Source: an uncultured Acidobacteriota bacterium (GTDB taxonomy: Bacteria; Acidobacteriota; UBA6911; RPQK01). Taken from it: a DNA stretch of 64,000 nt. Shown one piece after another: positions 36,910 through 48,871 of this stretch. The translations under genes and the position numbers were made by a program. The DNA lies in NCBI GenBank assembly GCA_963744645.1, contig CAVUUN010000024.1, positions 36,325 through 100,324 of the forward strand, written 5' to 3'. Under the pieces are notes generated by a model. The model saw nothing but the letters and a program-made list of their open reading frames with translations. It was not told where the DNA came from and did not search any database. Position 1 is the first letter of the stretch; every line of letters starts with the position of its first letter.

Positions 36910-37383
36910 GTGGGTGCAAAAAGGAAATGGCTAATCCTCGCAGCGGCCCTGCTGCTCGGGATTCAGTTGCTGCGCCCCGAACGGACCAATTACCCCGTCG
37001 ATTCGAGTCAGACGTTTCAAACCCATGAGCAGGCACCCGCACAGGTCCGGAGTCTTCTGTCTCGCGCCTGCCTGGATTGTCATTCCAATCAGACACGCTG
37101 GCCCTGGTACAGTCAAGTAGCCCCAGTCTCCTGGCTGGTCGCGGACGACGTCAAGCGCGGCCGCAGGGAACTGAACCTCTCGGTGTGGAAGCAAAACGGC
37201 CGGGAGAAGAAGGTGCACCTCCTGGAGGAGGCGGCCGAGGTTGTGTCCGAAGGGGAAATGCCTCCCTGGTCCTATCGGCTCCTCCATCGCGAAGCGCGCC
37301 TGTCGGAAAGCGAGGCCAAGACTCTTTCTGACTGGATCTCCCGCCAGCGCCAGCAAATCCTCAACGCGAGTCCAACTGATTAA
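36910..37383 (+). CDS. Heme-binding domain protein (c-type cytochrome)
   Basis: RACLDCHSNQTRWPWYS, EMPP. Confidence 0.9.
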   Translation: MGAKRKWLILAAALLLGIQLLRPERTNYPVDSSQTFQTHEQAPAQVRSLLSRACLDCHSNQTRWPWYSQVAPVSWLVADDVKRGRRELNLSVWKQNGREKKVHLLEEAAEVVSEGEMPPWSYRLLHREARLSESEAKTLSDWISRQRQQILNASPTD

Positions 37384-37633
37384 CGAAGTCAGAATAACCC
37401 CGCGACGCTTGCCCGCACCCCCCGGATCACTCCGCTGGCCTCTGCCTTTTTGCGGTCTCTTTGCCCCTCGTCGCTCCGTCTCGCTGGCTCCTGAAAATAC
37501 TTCCCGGGAAGCACCGCCGCCGTATGGTAGAATTCGTTCAGGTCCCGGAATAACCAGGCGAGGCGGATGGATGCCGACCTCGGATGCCCTTGGTCCGCAC
37601 TTGTCTTCCATCTTAGCCTCCTGAGCGTGAACT

Positions 37634-39056
37634 ATGACATCCGTGGACCAGACTCGACCGTTTGGCGTGACCCCAGACGCCGTACTCGACAGCCTTTCAG
37701 ACGCCGTTTTCACTGTCGATCCCCACAGACGCATAACCTACCTGAATCGTTCTGCCGAGAACATCCTTGGCACGTTGAGGACGCAGGCAGTCGGACATCC
37801 TTGTGCGGCCGTCTTTCGCTCGAATTTGTGCAAGAAGGGATGCGCTCTCGAAAGAAACACTGGAGACGGGCCGACCCGTCAGCAACCGGCCGGCGGTGCT
37901 GTTGAATGCTGCCGGACGGCCGGTGCCGGTGGCGGTTTCCACCTCCGTCCTCGAAGACCAGAACGGCACGATTATCGGCGCGGTGGAGACGTTTCGCGAC
38001 CTGCGTGAATCGGACTCGATGCCCCGCCCGGAGCATTTGGAGACCGGGTCGTGCAGATGGTCGCGGTAAGCGAGTCGATGCGGGACATCGTGGCAGTCCT
38101 GCCGCAGGTGGCAAGCTCGGACACGACTCTGCTGATCCAGGGGGAAACAGGGACCGGGAAGGAAGTCCTCGCGCGCACGGTCCACGATTTGGGCCCTCGC
38201 CGGCGCAAGCCGTTTGTGGCGGTGAACTGCGCCGCATTGCCCGACACCCTTCTCGAGTCCGAGTTGTTCGGCTTCAAGGCGGGCGCTTTTACCGGAGCGG
38301 TCAAGGATAAGCCGGGCCGATTCGCGGTCGCTGAGGGCGGGACCATTTTCCTGGACGAAATCGGCGACATCAGCCCCAGCCTGCAGGTTCGTCTGCTGCG
38401 GGTTCTTCAACACAAGGAGTACGAGCCGCTCGGGGATACGCGATCCATCAAGGCGAACGTGCGAATCATCGTGGCAAGCAATCAGGATCTGGCCGAGTTG
38501 GTCCGCCAGGGCAGCTTTCGGCAGGATTTGTTCTACCGCGTGAATGTCCTGCGGCTGGAAGCTGCCTCCTTTGCGCCAGCGTCGCGACGCGATACCTTTC
38601 CTCGTGGACCACTTCATCCGGAAGTTCAACGCGGCTCAGGGGAGGGCAGTGACCGGGCTTCACCGGGATGCGATGAAAGCCCTTCTTGCTTATGATTTCC
38701 CGGGAAACATCCGCGAGTTGGAGAACATCATTGAACGGGCGTTTGTTTTCTCGACGGGGAACCTGATCATGCCCCAGCACCTGCCCGACGAGCTTCGAAT
38801 CATCGACATCCCGGCCGTCCGCACGACTACCCTTAACCAGGCAGTACGCAATACGGAAGCACAGGCCCTGGTGGGCGCGTTGTCGCGAAACGGTTTTAAC
38901 CGCGAGGCGGCCGCGCGCGAACTGGGGATGCACAAGAGCACCTTCTTCAAGAAGATCAAAGCCCTCGGCATAATCCTCCCCGAGCAGGACGGCCGATCCT
39001 CGCGCAAGGAAACCGCACGGCGCGCCTTCACCCGCCGCTCGCTCAAGGCAGTCTGA
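37634..39056 (+). CDS. PAS-domain sigma-54-dependent activator; frameshifted
   Basis: PAS domain, GETGTGKE, GAFTGA, FPGNIRELEN, HTH. Confidence 0.85.
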
Positions 39057-39060
39057 AGAA

Positions 39061-39170
39061 ACAGACAGGGAGACGGGGAGACAGGGAGACAAGGAGACAG
39101 GGAGGCAAGGAGGCAAGGAGGGGAAGGGGCCGCGAGCTCCCCGTCTCGTCCCCCGTCTCGTCGTCTTCTT
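39061..39170. repeat. Octamer array (GGAGACRR)n with partial inverse; further GTCTCC copies near 39525-39572
   Basis: About seven tandem copies. Confidence 0.8.
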
Positions 39171-39243
39171 CCCGTCGACATTCGTCATTCCCTATTGCCA
39201 AATAGAGCCCGGCGTCCCGGCTGAATCATGGCTTAAGCGAGAT

Positions 39244-39405
39244 CGTAAGGAGCCGCGCACGGCAGCAAGCGCCAGCGAGCGAGTAAGCGGACCAACCAAC
39301 ATGCTCTTCAGGTTGGCTCTTGCTACTCGCGACTGCCCCATGGGGCTGGGTGGCTGGTCCGCTTACTCGCTCGCTGGCGCTTGCTGCCGTGCGCGGCTCC
39401 TTACG
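39244..39405. repeat. Perfect 51-bp inverted repeat with 60-bp spacer (REPIN/MITE-like)
   Basis: 39244-39294 is the exact reverse complement of 39355-39405. Confidence 0.9.
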
Positions 39406-39668
39406 GTGATTGCTCGCCGCTCGTTCTCGCTGAAATAGCGACTAGCCCTCTGCCCAGGGGCTCTGGCTTCCCTTCGACATTCTTCATTGCTTGTTCGATA
39501 TTCGATATTCCGTTCCCCGCCTGCCTTCTCCTTGTCTCCATGTCTCCGTCTCCGTCTCCCCGTCTCCCCCTCTGTTTTTTGGCATTTCCAAAAAAAGATG
39601 ACAAGCACCGTGCAGTGTCGGTACAAAGGAACCAGTTGTTCTCTTCCGCGCGATTCCGAAGAGGACCT

Positions 39669-41400
39669 ATGGTGACTGGATGGGGGGAGATCTGGAGTAC
39701 CGGGGAGGGGCCGTTCCGGGCAGGCGGATTTTCTGTGGCTGTTGAACGGGTGTTATCAGGCGGCGATCTTCGGCACCAGCAGTCGGGATTTGTTCGAAAG
39801 AGTGTGCCGCCAGGCGGTAGATTCCGCTCGTCTTCCGCTCGCCTGGGTAGGAGTCCCGAACGGCTCTGAATCCGAAATCAGCCCTCTGGTGGTGGCTGGC
39901 CCGAGCTCGGATCTCATGAGTTCCTATTCCGTGCCGCTCGGATCGGACAAAGGGACGGTCGGCCGGGCAGCTCGGCTGATGAATTGCGTTGTTCGTCGTA
40001 ACGGCTCGACTCGCCGGCGCCCAGGCGGAGTTCGAGTCGAGAATTATTGATCGTGGCATTCGGTCCTGGGCTTCGGTGGCATTGGGCGTCCACGGACGGC
40101 TCCTGGGGGTCCTGAATTTCTACGCCGAGAGGGAGGATTTCTTTCCCCCGCATGCCTCGGTTCTTCTCGGCGCGGCCGGACGAGCCCTTGTCGAAGGCCT
40201 TCGTTGACCTCGAGCACGGCAAAACGGGACGAGACCAGATGCCAGCAAGTCCGACGGCAGGATCGAGCAGGTTCGGAAACTGGAGAGCCTGGGCTGTCTG
40301 GCGGGAGGGATCGCTCACGATTTCAACAACATCCTGAGTGGAATCCTCGGTTTTGCGGAGATCTCGATTCAGGAGCTTCCACAGGAAGCGGCGGTCAGTC
40401 GGCACCTGGAACAAATCGTGAGCGCCGCAAACCGCGCCAAGGAGCTTGTCCACCAGATCCTCTCCTTCAGCCGCGCAACCGAGCCTTGCCGGAAACCGGT
40501 TCACCTTCGCGAGGTGATGAAGGAGACCTTCAGGCTGCTGCGAGCCTCTATCCCTTCGACGATCGAGATGAGATGCAACGTCTGCACCGGCGAGGACATG
40601 GTGTTGGGTGATGTCACTCAGCTGGTGCAGGTTCTGATGAACCTCGGAACCAACGCCGTGCAGGCGATCGGCGACCGGCCGGGTAGGGTTACCTTCACCC
40701 TGTCCCAGGTATGCCTGACGAGCGGAGGATCTCACCCATTTCCCGGATCTGAAACTCGGCGACTATCTGGAAGTGAAGGTTCAGGATACGGGTCCCGGCA
40801 TTGAACCGGCGGTTCTCGGCAGGATATTCGAGCCGTTTTTCACGACCAAACCGGAAGGGAAGGGGACCGGAATGGGGCTCTCGGTCGCTTACAGCATTGC
40901 GCGTACTCACCGGGGGACGATCACCGTCGACACTCAACCGGGGAGAGGTTCCAGCTTCAGGCTGTACCTCCCGATGAGCCAGGATGCGGTGGAAGAAACG
41001 GAACTCGGATCAACCGAGGTGCCGAAGGGGCACGAGCGGGTTCTGTTCCTTGATGACGAAGAACTCGTCGTGGAGGTCGGCCAGAAGATGCTGGAGAGGA
41101 TCGGGTACAGGGTAACGGCTCTCGAGGACAGCAACGAAGCCCTGGACCTGTTTCCTCGCCAATCCTAATGCCTTCGACCTCTTGATCACGGACCAAACGA
41201 TGCCGGGGATGACCGGGATCCATTTCGCCCGCAAGTGTCTGGCCGTCCGGCCAAGCCTGCCGGTTCTGCTATGCAGCGGCTATCAGGATTTCATCGGTCC
41301 TGAAGAGGCGCGCGCCGTGGGCATATCCGAACTTCTGGCCAAGCCGTTTTCGGTCCATGAGCTGGCAACCGCCGTACGGAAAGCGCTCGCCGGGAAATGA
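39669..41400 (+). CDS. GAF-containing hybrid histidine kinase/receiver; several frameshifts
   Basis: [51 protein letters not shown]. Confidence 0.8.
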
Positions 41401-41426
41401 CCTTGCCGGGTGTAAAATGACCCGGT

Positions 41427-42873
41427 ATGCGAAAACCAATACCCCAAAACCGGCTCCGCGGGATCTCGACTGCCCTCCTCGCACTTATCCTCTTCCTTTC
41501 TGTCAGTCACTTACCCGGAAAAGGGCGGACGGCACTGGATGACTACGTCGCCAAGCCTGACGCTGCATACAAGTACCAGCTTACGAATACGATCGAGGGG
41601 CAGGGATACACAACCTACGTCATCGACATGGTCTCCCAGAGCTGGCTGACCAGCAAAGAGGTCAACGAGCCGATATGGAGGCATTGGCTGGTGGTGGTCA
41701 AGCCGGCCGAGGTGCGGAGCCGAATCGGTCTCCTGTTGATCGGCGGAGGAGCTAACGGCAGAAAGGCGCCTGAATCCGCCGACCAGGGGCTTGTCCGGAT
41801 GGCCCAGGCGACAGGGACGGTCGTCGCTGAACTGCGCCAGGTGCCTAATCAGCCCCTCATTTTCGCGGACGAGGAGAAGCCACGCCAGGAGGACGAGCTG
41901 ATCGCCTACACCTGGGACAAGTACCTCAAGACCGGTGACTCCAAGTGGCCGGCCAGGCTGCCGATGACCAAGAGCGCCGTTCGCGCAATGGACACCGTCA
42001 CCGCTTTCTGCCGCTCCTTGCCGGGCAGTCCCCAGGTGGATCGCTTCGTGGTTGCGGGTGCCTCAAAGCGCGGCTGGACAGCGTGGACAACCGCCGCGGT
42101 GGATAAGCGGGTTGTGGCAGTAGCCCCTCTGGTCATTGACCTGCTCAATCTCGAAAAGTCCTTCGAGCATCATTTCATGGTTTACGGCTTCTGGGCCCCG
42201 GCTGTTCGCGACTACAAGGCCATGGGCATCATGGACAAGTGGATGGGGACGCCGCAGTTCGACGCGCTCATGAAGCTCGTGGAACCGTACTCGTACATCG
42301 ACCGCCTCACCATGCCGAAATTTCTGGTCAACGCATCCGGGGATCAGTTCTTCCTTCCCGATTCCTGGAAGTTCTACTGGGCCGATCTGAAGGGGGCGAA
42401 GTACCTGCGCTACGTTCCGAACACCGATCATTCGCTCCGAAACTCGGATGCCCGCGAAAGCCTCCTGGCGTTTTACGCGACTATCGTCCAGGGAAGAGAG
42501 TTCCCGAAGTTCGACTGGTCGGTTGAAAAGGACGGGGAGATTCGGGTTAGAACCAAGACCGCTCCTCGCGAAGTGAGGCTCTGGCAGGCGACCAATCCTG
42601 AGGCGCGCGATTTCCGGCTGGATCAGATTGGCCCTGCCTGGACCAGTTCCGAAGTAAAAGCAGTCAAGTGGCGGCGAGTATCGCGCTCGTGTGCCGGCGC
42701 CGGCGAAAGGCTGGACTGCTTACTTTCTTGAACTGACCTTCGAAGGATCTGCCGGAGTTCCCTACAAGTTCACGTCAGGTGTCGTCGTGACCCCGGAGAA
42801 GACCAGCTTCCCGTCGCCCTTGAAGAAAGACAAGGAGACAAGGAGAAGGGGAGACAAGGAGACGGGTTCTTAA
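41427..42873 (+). CDS. PqaA (PhoPQ-activated pathogenicity-related) family hydrolase; one frameshift
   Basis: PNQPL, EDELIAYTW, PMTKSAVRAMD, GASKRGW, DQFFLPD. Confidence 0.88.
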
Positions 42874-42917
42874 TCGCGAAGGCTGCCCGGGCTCCAGCTG
42901 GAGACGGGGCGACAATG

Positions 42918-45063
42918 CTAAAAAGATGTCCCGGCGAGCGATGAACACAACAGCAAGGTCGCGTCCGTGAGCGTCTCGTCGGCTTGTCTCCTTGTCTCCT
43001 TGTCTCTCTTCCTACCTCTCGGCTCGATCTGCCGCAGGCCCTTCCTGGCCAGTGCAGCGTAGCAGTCCGGCAAGTCGAACCGGTTGAGTACGTTCGGGAT
43101 CAGGGCCGACAGCGGCCATTTGTATTCCTCGGTTTCGGCCACCGCGGAATACGACGGAAGGGTGTTCTTCAGGGTCACCGCGGTCACGTGATCGGAGATG
43201 ACCGCGGCGAAAGTCGCAGGCAAACTGCCCCACTGTTTCCCCGCGAGATGGATTTCTGAATACCCCACCCGGTGAAGCCACTCGAGAACGGTCAGGAGAT
43301 CGAGGGTCTTGCCAGCCAGGTAGGGACGGCCGAGCATCACCGAGTGAACCGCGTAGAAGTAATCGCTCCCGTATGGGTCGAGAAACGTCTGCTCCCCGCA
43401 GGTGTCGGGCCGGGATTCGCCGATTCCACGCACGTCGCAGGCGTAAAAATCACTGTCTGGTTCAGCGGCAATCAATGCTGAGACCAGGCTCTCTTCGCGC
43501 AGCTCCACATCACTCGACTGGTGAGCGACATACAAGATTGCCCGTTTCTTGCCGGGCAGGGGGCGGGAGTAATGGACCTCATCGGAGAGCCGGTAGACAA
43601 TCGCCTGGATGCCCGGTTCCGTCTCGACCGCATAGGTGGTCGAAAACTCTTTCGGGTACCCGCGAGCCTTGAGCGGGCGGAGGATCCTGTAGTCAGGGGC
43701 GGCTGGCCATCGGCCCAGGTTCAGGCCGGAGATCACGGCTGCCCGCAGGTCCTCGGGTTTTACGCGGCTCTTGGCCAGTTGCCGGGAACGCTCCTGCGTG
43801 AAGGAAAAGACCGGGCGGGAGCCGAGGCCGGCCACCTGGCCGTTCGGTGTGCAGACCAGGTCCTTCTCATCCTCGAGCTTGAGTGGCGGCTCCTGCGATT
43901 GGCTGGAAATTCCGGTGACCTTGTTGAACCAGCCATACATCGCCTCGCGGCTTTCCTGCGAGTATCCATGGTAGGTCGGGCCGATCGAGAAGGCGATCCT
44001 GTCTTCCGCTCCCAGCAGCCCGTACAGTCTCTTGAGCCGGGCGAACGCCTCCTCGGCGCCTCGGGCGTCGAAGAAATCGCGCTCCTTGGCGAGCACGATT
44101 ATCGGCTTGGGCGCCATAGCCGCCAGAAAGTCGGAATGATCGAGCCCCATGGCAAGAACCCGGGGAGGACATTGTTCGATGTCAGCCGGGAGCTCATTTT
44201 CCAGGTTGCGGCGGAACGTGGTCACGAAGCAGCCGGGCGCAGCCATCGTCCAGCGCCGCTCGAGTCCGCACAGCCAGGTGGTGATGGTTCCTCCGCCTGA
44301 GTTACCCGTTATGCCGACATGTTTCGGATCGACTTCCGGGCGGGTCAGGAGGTAGTCCAAGGCTCGAATCCCGTCCCACGTCCGCCAAGCTGCAAAACAT
44401 TCGCCCACAAGGAGTTGCTGGTTGCCTGCGTAGTTGTGCTCCCGTGTGCCGATGCCGATCCGCGACTGACCCGCGGAATCCGGATACTGAAGTCTCTCCC
44501 CCTGCCCTATCGGATCGAAGATGAGAACCACGTAGCCAAGCCTGGCGAGGCCCTGGGCAAACGACTGGTAAGTTTCGTTGGCTTTCCCGTCGTTTGAATG
44601 GCCGCAACTCCCCACCACGCCGGGAAGCGGAAATGAGCGATTCTTGGGAATGTAGAGATTGGCGGTCACCAGCATGCCTGGCCGGCTCTCGAAGATCACC
44701 TTTTCGACCCGGTAAGAGTCCCGGTCAAGTTGACCGGTGACGCGCGGGTTTAGCGGGGTCTTGTCGGGAAGCGGGCCGAAGCAGGCGGCTATCCTCGCGC
44801 GGACGCTCGCGACGTATCCTTCCGCCTCCTCGCGCGTGGTCAAGCGGGCGCGTGCCTCGTTGGCGTCCGTTTCGACTTCTCGCACTTTGGCGACGAAATG
44901 TTCCTGGACCATCCGGGGAAACCGGTTCAAGGGTTCGATCTTCGCCGTCTCCTTGGAAGCGGAGGTCGCCTCACCGGTTTGGGTTTTGATTGGCAGAAGC
45001 GGTAAAGCGGGTACTCCGGCGGCAACTCCCAACAGTGTCACGCCGGCTGAATCTGGTTTTCAT
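42918..45063 (-). CDS. Tat-exported acetylxylan-esterase-like alpha/beta hydrolase; ends uncertain
   Basis: MKTRFSRR start, FESRPG, CGH, DPIGQGER, GNSGGG. Confidence 0.8.
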
Positions 45064-45080
45064 TCGTCATCTCCCCGAGA

Positions 45081-46355
45081 TTAGCCTCGATGTGCAGGCA
45101 CGGTTCGAATCACCCCCAGTTCCCCGATCAGGAAGTGAACGAACAGGAACGCCACGATGTATGCGACTGCGCAGGTTGCGAAGATCGGCGCAAACGACGA
45201 CAGGTTCGCCACGACCCACCCGATCGCCAGCTGCGTCAGGACGCCGGCCAGCCCGCCGAGCGCACCGCCGAACCCGGAAACGCTTCCCACGACGTGGCGG
45301 GGGAAGACTTCAGCCGGCAGCGTGATGTTGCCCCATGCGGCGTGTCCAAAGAAAAGGGCGGCGACCAGCGCGACCGACAAACTGGCGCTTTCCACTTGGG
45401 TTATGAGGAGGCAAACGACTGGCATCAGACAGGAAACTACCAGCATCGTGCCTTTGCGCGCCCGGTTCAAGCTCCAGCCGCGGGAGATCAGGAATCGTGG
45501 GATCGCTCCGGACGCGATGTTTCCGGCGGCGAGGGCCGCGAATGGTATCCATACGTAGTAGCCCAGATCACGAAGGCTGAACCCGCGCTCTTGTTGGAAA
45601 TACAGCGGAATCCAGAAGTTCAGGAAGTAGGAGATGGGGTCCGTGAAGAAGCGGGCAGCGATGCAACCCCACGTTTCCTTCATGGAAAGGAGCGTCCGCG
45701 TCGATACTTTCGTCGCCGGCGCCTCGGTGGCGTGTCCGGCTTCGATAAGCTCCTTTTCAGCGGCCGTGATGTTCGGGTGCTGGGAAGGAAGACGGAAGAA
45801 GAGCAACCAGGCGGTTACCCAGAGGAAGCCAAGAGCGCCGGTGACGACGAAAGCCTGGCGCCAACCCCAGGCGAGTGCGATGGCGGAGACAAGTGGCGGG
45901 GCGAGAACTCCGCCGATAGCCGTCCCCGAGTTGAAAATCCCCACCGCCAGCGCCCGTTCCTTCATCGGGAACCATTCGGATACGCCCTTCACTCCACCGG
46001 GGAAGTTGGCCGGCTGCGCTGCGCCGAGCAGGAAGCGGAAAATGGAGAAGTGGAGCGCACTCCGGGCAAGGGCATGAAGCATGGTGATGACCGACCATGC
46101 TGAATGGAAGACGGTGAAACCCTGGCGTGTGCCGAGTCGGTCCAGTAGCCTCCCGCTCACCGCGTACATGATCATGTAGCTCGCGAGGAAGGACGACGTG
46201 ATATACGAGTATTCTTCACTTCCGAAACGCAGTTCCTTCTGAATGGTTTCCGCAAGCACCGAAAGCGTTTGACGGTCGAGGTAGTTGAGAGTCGAGGACC
46301 CGCACAGCAGGATCGCGATGTACCAGCGGAGATGCTTGATCTGGGTCTTTTTCAT
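45081..46355 (-). CDS. MFS transporter, ExuT/hexuronate-like
   Basis: LNYLDRQTLSV, SEWFPMKERALAVGIFNSG, ARFFTDP. Confidence 0.9.
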   Translation of the reverse strand: MKKTQIKHLRWYIAILLCGSSTLNYLDRQTLSVLAETIQKELRFGSEEYSYITSSFLASYMIMYAVSGRLLDRLGTRQGFTVFHSAWSVITMLHALARSALHFSIFRFLLGAAQPANFPGGVKGVSEWFPMKERALAVGIFNSGTAIGGVLAPPLVSAIALAWGWRQAFVVTGALGFLWVTAWLLFFRLPSQHPNITAAEKELIEAGHATEAPATKVSTRTLLSMKETWGCIAARFFTDPISYFLNFWIPLYFQQERGFSLRDLGYYVWIPFAALAAGNIASGAIPRFLISRGWSLNRARKGTMLVVSCLMPVVCLLITQVESASLSVALVAALFFGHAAWGNITLPAEVFPRHVVGSVSGFGGALGGLAGVLTQLAIGWVVANLSSFAPIFATCAVAYIVAFLFVHFLIGELGVIRTVPAHRG

Positions 46356-46374
46356 GTCGATGTCGCTGACTGTA

Positions 46375-46475
46375 ACACGGACTTGCACAGACTGACATGG
46401 ACGAACACGGACAAATGCGTGGTTCGTCCGGGCAAGCCCGTGCAACTCCTTGTTCGTCCGTGTTAGTCTGTGTTC
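46375..46475. repeat. Degenerate inverted nonamer array (ACACGGACK ... GTCCGTGT)
   Basis: Same unit as the array at 32229. Confidence 0.65.
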
Positions 46476-46491
46476 CACAACCAAGGGGAAC

Positions 46492-47343
46492 ATGACTACA
46501 ACACGCTGCTTCCGCGTCTTATCCGGCTTCTTCTTGCTGTTCGTGTCTTTCACCACCTGGCCGGCATTGTCGGCTCAGGACCTTGTTCCGGGCAAAGTCG
46601 TCGAGATCGAATTTCGAGAACGGGACATGCCTCCAACGCTCTACTCGCTCGTGACCGGCGATTCGATCCCGGCCCGTATGAGCGTGCGTCTGCCCGACGA
46701 TTATGATTCGTCGTCGACGTATCCGCTGCTCGTATACCTGCGGGGCAGAGACGGCGGGCCCTCAGGCGACATCGAGATGGCACAGAAGATTGTCGGGACC
46801 AAGGGCTGGGTCCTGGCCAGCCTCCCGCTTTTCAAAAGCTCCATAGACCGGTCCGAGCGGCTGGGCGGGATCGTGCTCAATTACGACGACTACCCCGCGC
46901 TCCAGAAGGCCTACGGAATCATGCTCGGCCGGCTGTTCGAGCTCGTTCCCAACCTCGACAAGGGCAAGAGCGCCATGGCGGGCTTTTCAAACGGTGCAAT
47001 CACCGTCGGAATCCTGGTTGCCTGCCAGGATCCGACGATTTTGGGTCATTTCCGGAATTTCGTGCTGGTGGATCAGGGCGCCTCGTTTCTGGCAGGCTGG
47101 TACAAGAAGCCGGTCATGGAAAGCCGGTTCCTGCTGCTCGTTGGCGACCGCAAGGACCAGGAAGGAGACGGAAGGGAGCTGCTCATCCGCCAGACACAAC
47201 TGACCGGGGATTTCGGCAAGTTCTTCGGGGTAACCGTGGAAGTCCAGGTGATGCACGACGTTGGCCACGCGTTCGCGGGGGAGTACATCAGCGGGACGGG
47301 CCGCTGGCTCAAGGGCTTACCTTTTCTTGAGCCAGCGAGCTAG
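46492..47343 (+). CDS. Secreted alpha/beta hydrolase
   Basis: Signal peptide, YPLLVYL, GFSNG, VGH. Confidence 0.75.
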   Translation: MTTTRCFRVLSGFFLLFVSFTTWPALSAQDLVPGKVVEIEFRERDMPPTLYSLVTGDSIPARMSVRLPDDYDSSSTYPLLVYLRGRDGGPSGDIEMAQKIVGTKGWVLASLPLFKSSIDRSERLGGIVLNYDDYPALQKAYGIMLGRLFELVPNLDKGKSAMAGFSNGAITVGILVACQDPTILGHFRNFVLVDQGASFLAGWYKKPVMESRFLLLVGDRKDQEGDGRELLIRQTQLTGDFGKFFGVTVEVQVMHDVGHAFAGEYISGTGRWLKGLPFLEPAS

Positions 47344-47354
47344 TTATAAATAGA

Positions 47355-48633
47355 TCACCGCTTGACGAGCTCGACCCGGCGGTTCTGGCCGCGGCCCAAT
47401 TCGGTGTCGTTGGAGGCCACAGGTTTGGAGGAACCGAACCCGGCCGCCTTCAGCCGGGCGGCGGGAATGCCTGCCGCAGTCAGAAAATCGATCACGGATT
47501 GAGCACGTTTCTCCGAAAGCGACTGGTTATAAGCAGCCGATCCGGTCGCGTCGGTGTGTCCTTCCACAGTCATCTGCCAGTCGGCCTTGCTCTTGAGCAT
47601 TGTGGCGATTCTCTCGAGTGTCGGTTTCGACTCTGACCGTATAACGGCTGAATCTGTATCGAAGTTGATTCCATAGATGCGGGCTCGACCGGAAGTCTCG
47701 AGATCCTTGGTAAGATCCTCCGCCGCTCCGCCCGACCAGTGAGGGCAGGTCCCGACCTCATTGCTCGTCTTGGTCCCGTTCCAAATTCCACCGTGCCCGT
47801 TGGTCGCGCCCTCGTGCCACCAGAGGCCGAACAGCTGCTTTGCATCCGGAGAAAGGACCATGATGGCCGGACCGTGGCTCTGACCCTCAGTCCAAGTGAA
47901 TTTGAGAACGCGGCCCTCGATTCCGCCCGGAGAGTACTCCCTCCTGGTACTCATAGCAGCCGGTCAGCGACGTCCCTTCTTGTCTGATGTGAAAATCGTT
48001 GTAGTTCGTCTCGTAAGTTCCGGAGATGTTCTCGACCGGTGTTTTGGTCAGCTGCCTGCCCGTAGCCCGGAAATCCATGAGCTCGATGTAGTCCGGTGCC
48101 CCATGGTTGTTCTTGACCGTGAGCCGGACCCAGCGGCCAGGCACCTCCGTTTCGACGGGGAATGTCTGGTTGTTCACTTTATCCCGAATGCTGACTGCTC
48201 CGATGGTCTTGAAACCCGACTGGGGACCCGTGTCCGACATCTCAACCGTAATGTCTTTGGCGCCTCGCTTGGCGCCGTCCGTCGACCCGGTGTCGAAAAT
48301 CAGGTTAGTGAGGACTGTCTGTTCGGGAAGGGCAATGACGATCACTTGCGGGGTTATCACCCCCTCCGGCGTAGCCCATCCGCTTTGTGGCCGTTCATCG
48401 ATAATCCAGAATGCCGACCATGACTCGTCGTACTCGGCCGGTTTCTGCACGATCAGGGCCCCGGCCGAGAAGGAAACCAGGCTGGGCTGGGGAACCGAGC
48501 TCACCGGTTTGGCTACTGGATTCGCGACCGGCTTCGCGGCCGGCTGTTTCTGGGTTTGCGCGAGGCCAATGCCGGCCGAAACGACAAGATAGACCGCTAA
48601 GAATGCGATGAATGCGGGGAAACGCTTTGTCAC
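47355..48633 (-). CDS. Discoidin-like plus OmpA peptidoglycan-binding protein; one frameshift
   Basis: GINFDTDS, EGHTD, LSEKRAQSV, NRRVELV; N-terminal GRWVRLTV. Confidence 0.85.
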
Positions 48634-48871
48634 TTTGAACCTCCGGGAAGAACCCGGTTCGCGCCGTCAACCTGCTTGCGTCACTCGCCGGGGGTCGTTA
48701 CGAGGTTGGGAGTATAGCCGGGTGATTGCCGACCTGCAATCGGGATGCATCGGCCGCATCACTTCGCCGCCAGCGGAGGGAGGAACTATGCCTAAGTCCA
48801 GTCGCCCGGGTCACCGGGTTACCTGCAGGCGCGTTTCGCACTCTTGGCCGGCTATCACTTCCAGCTTTCTC

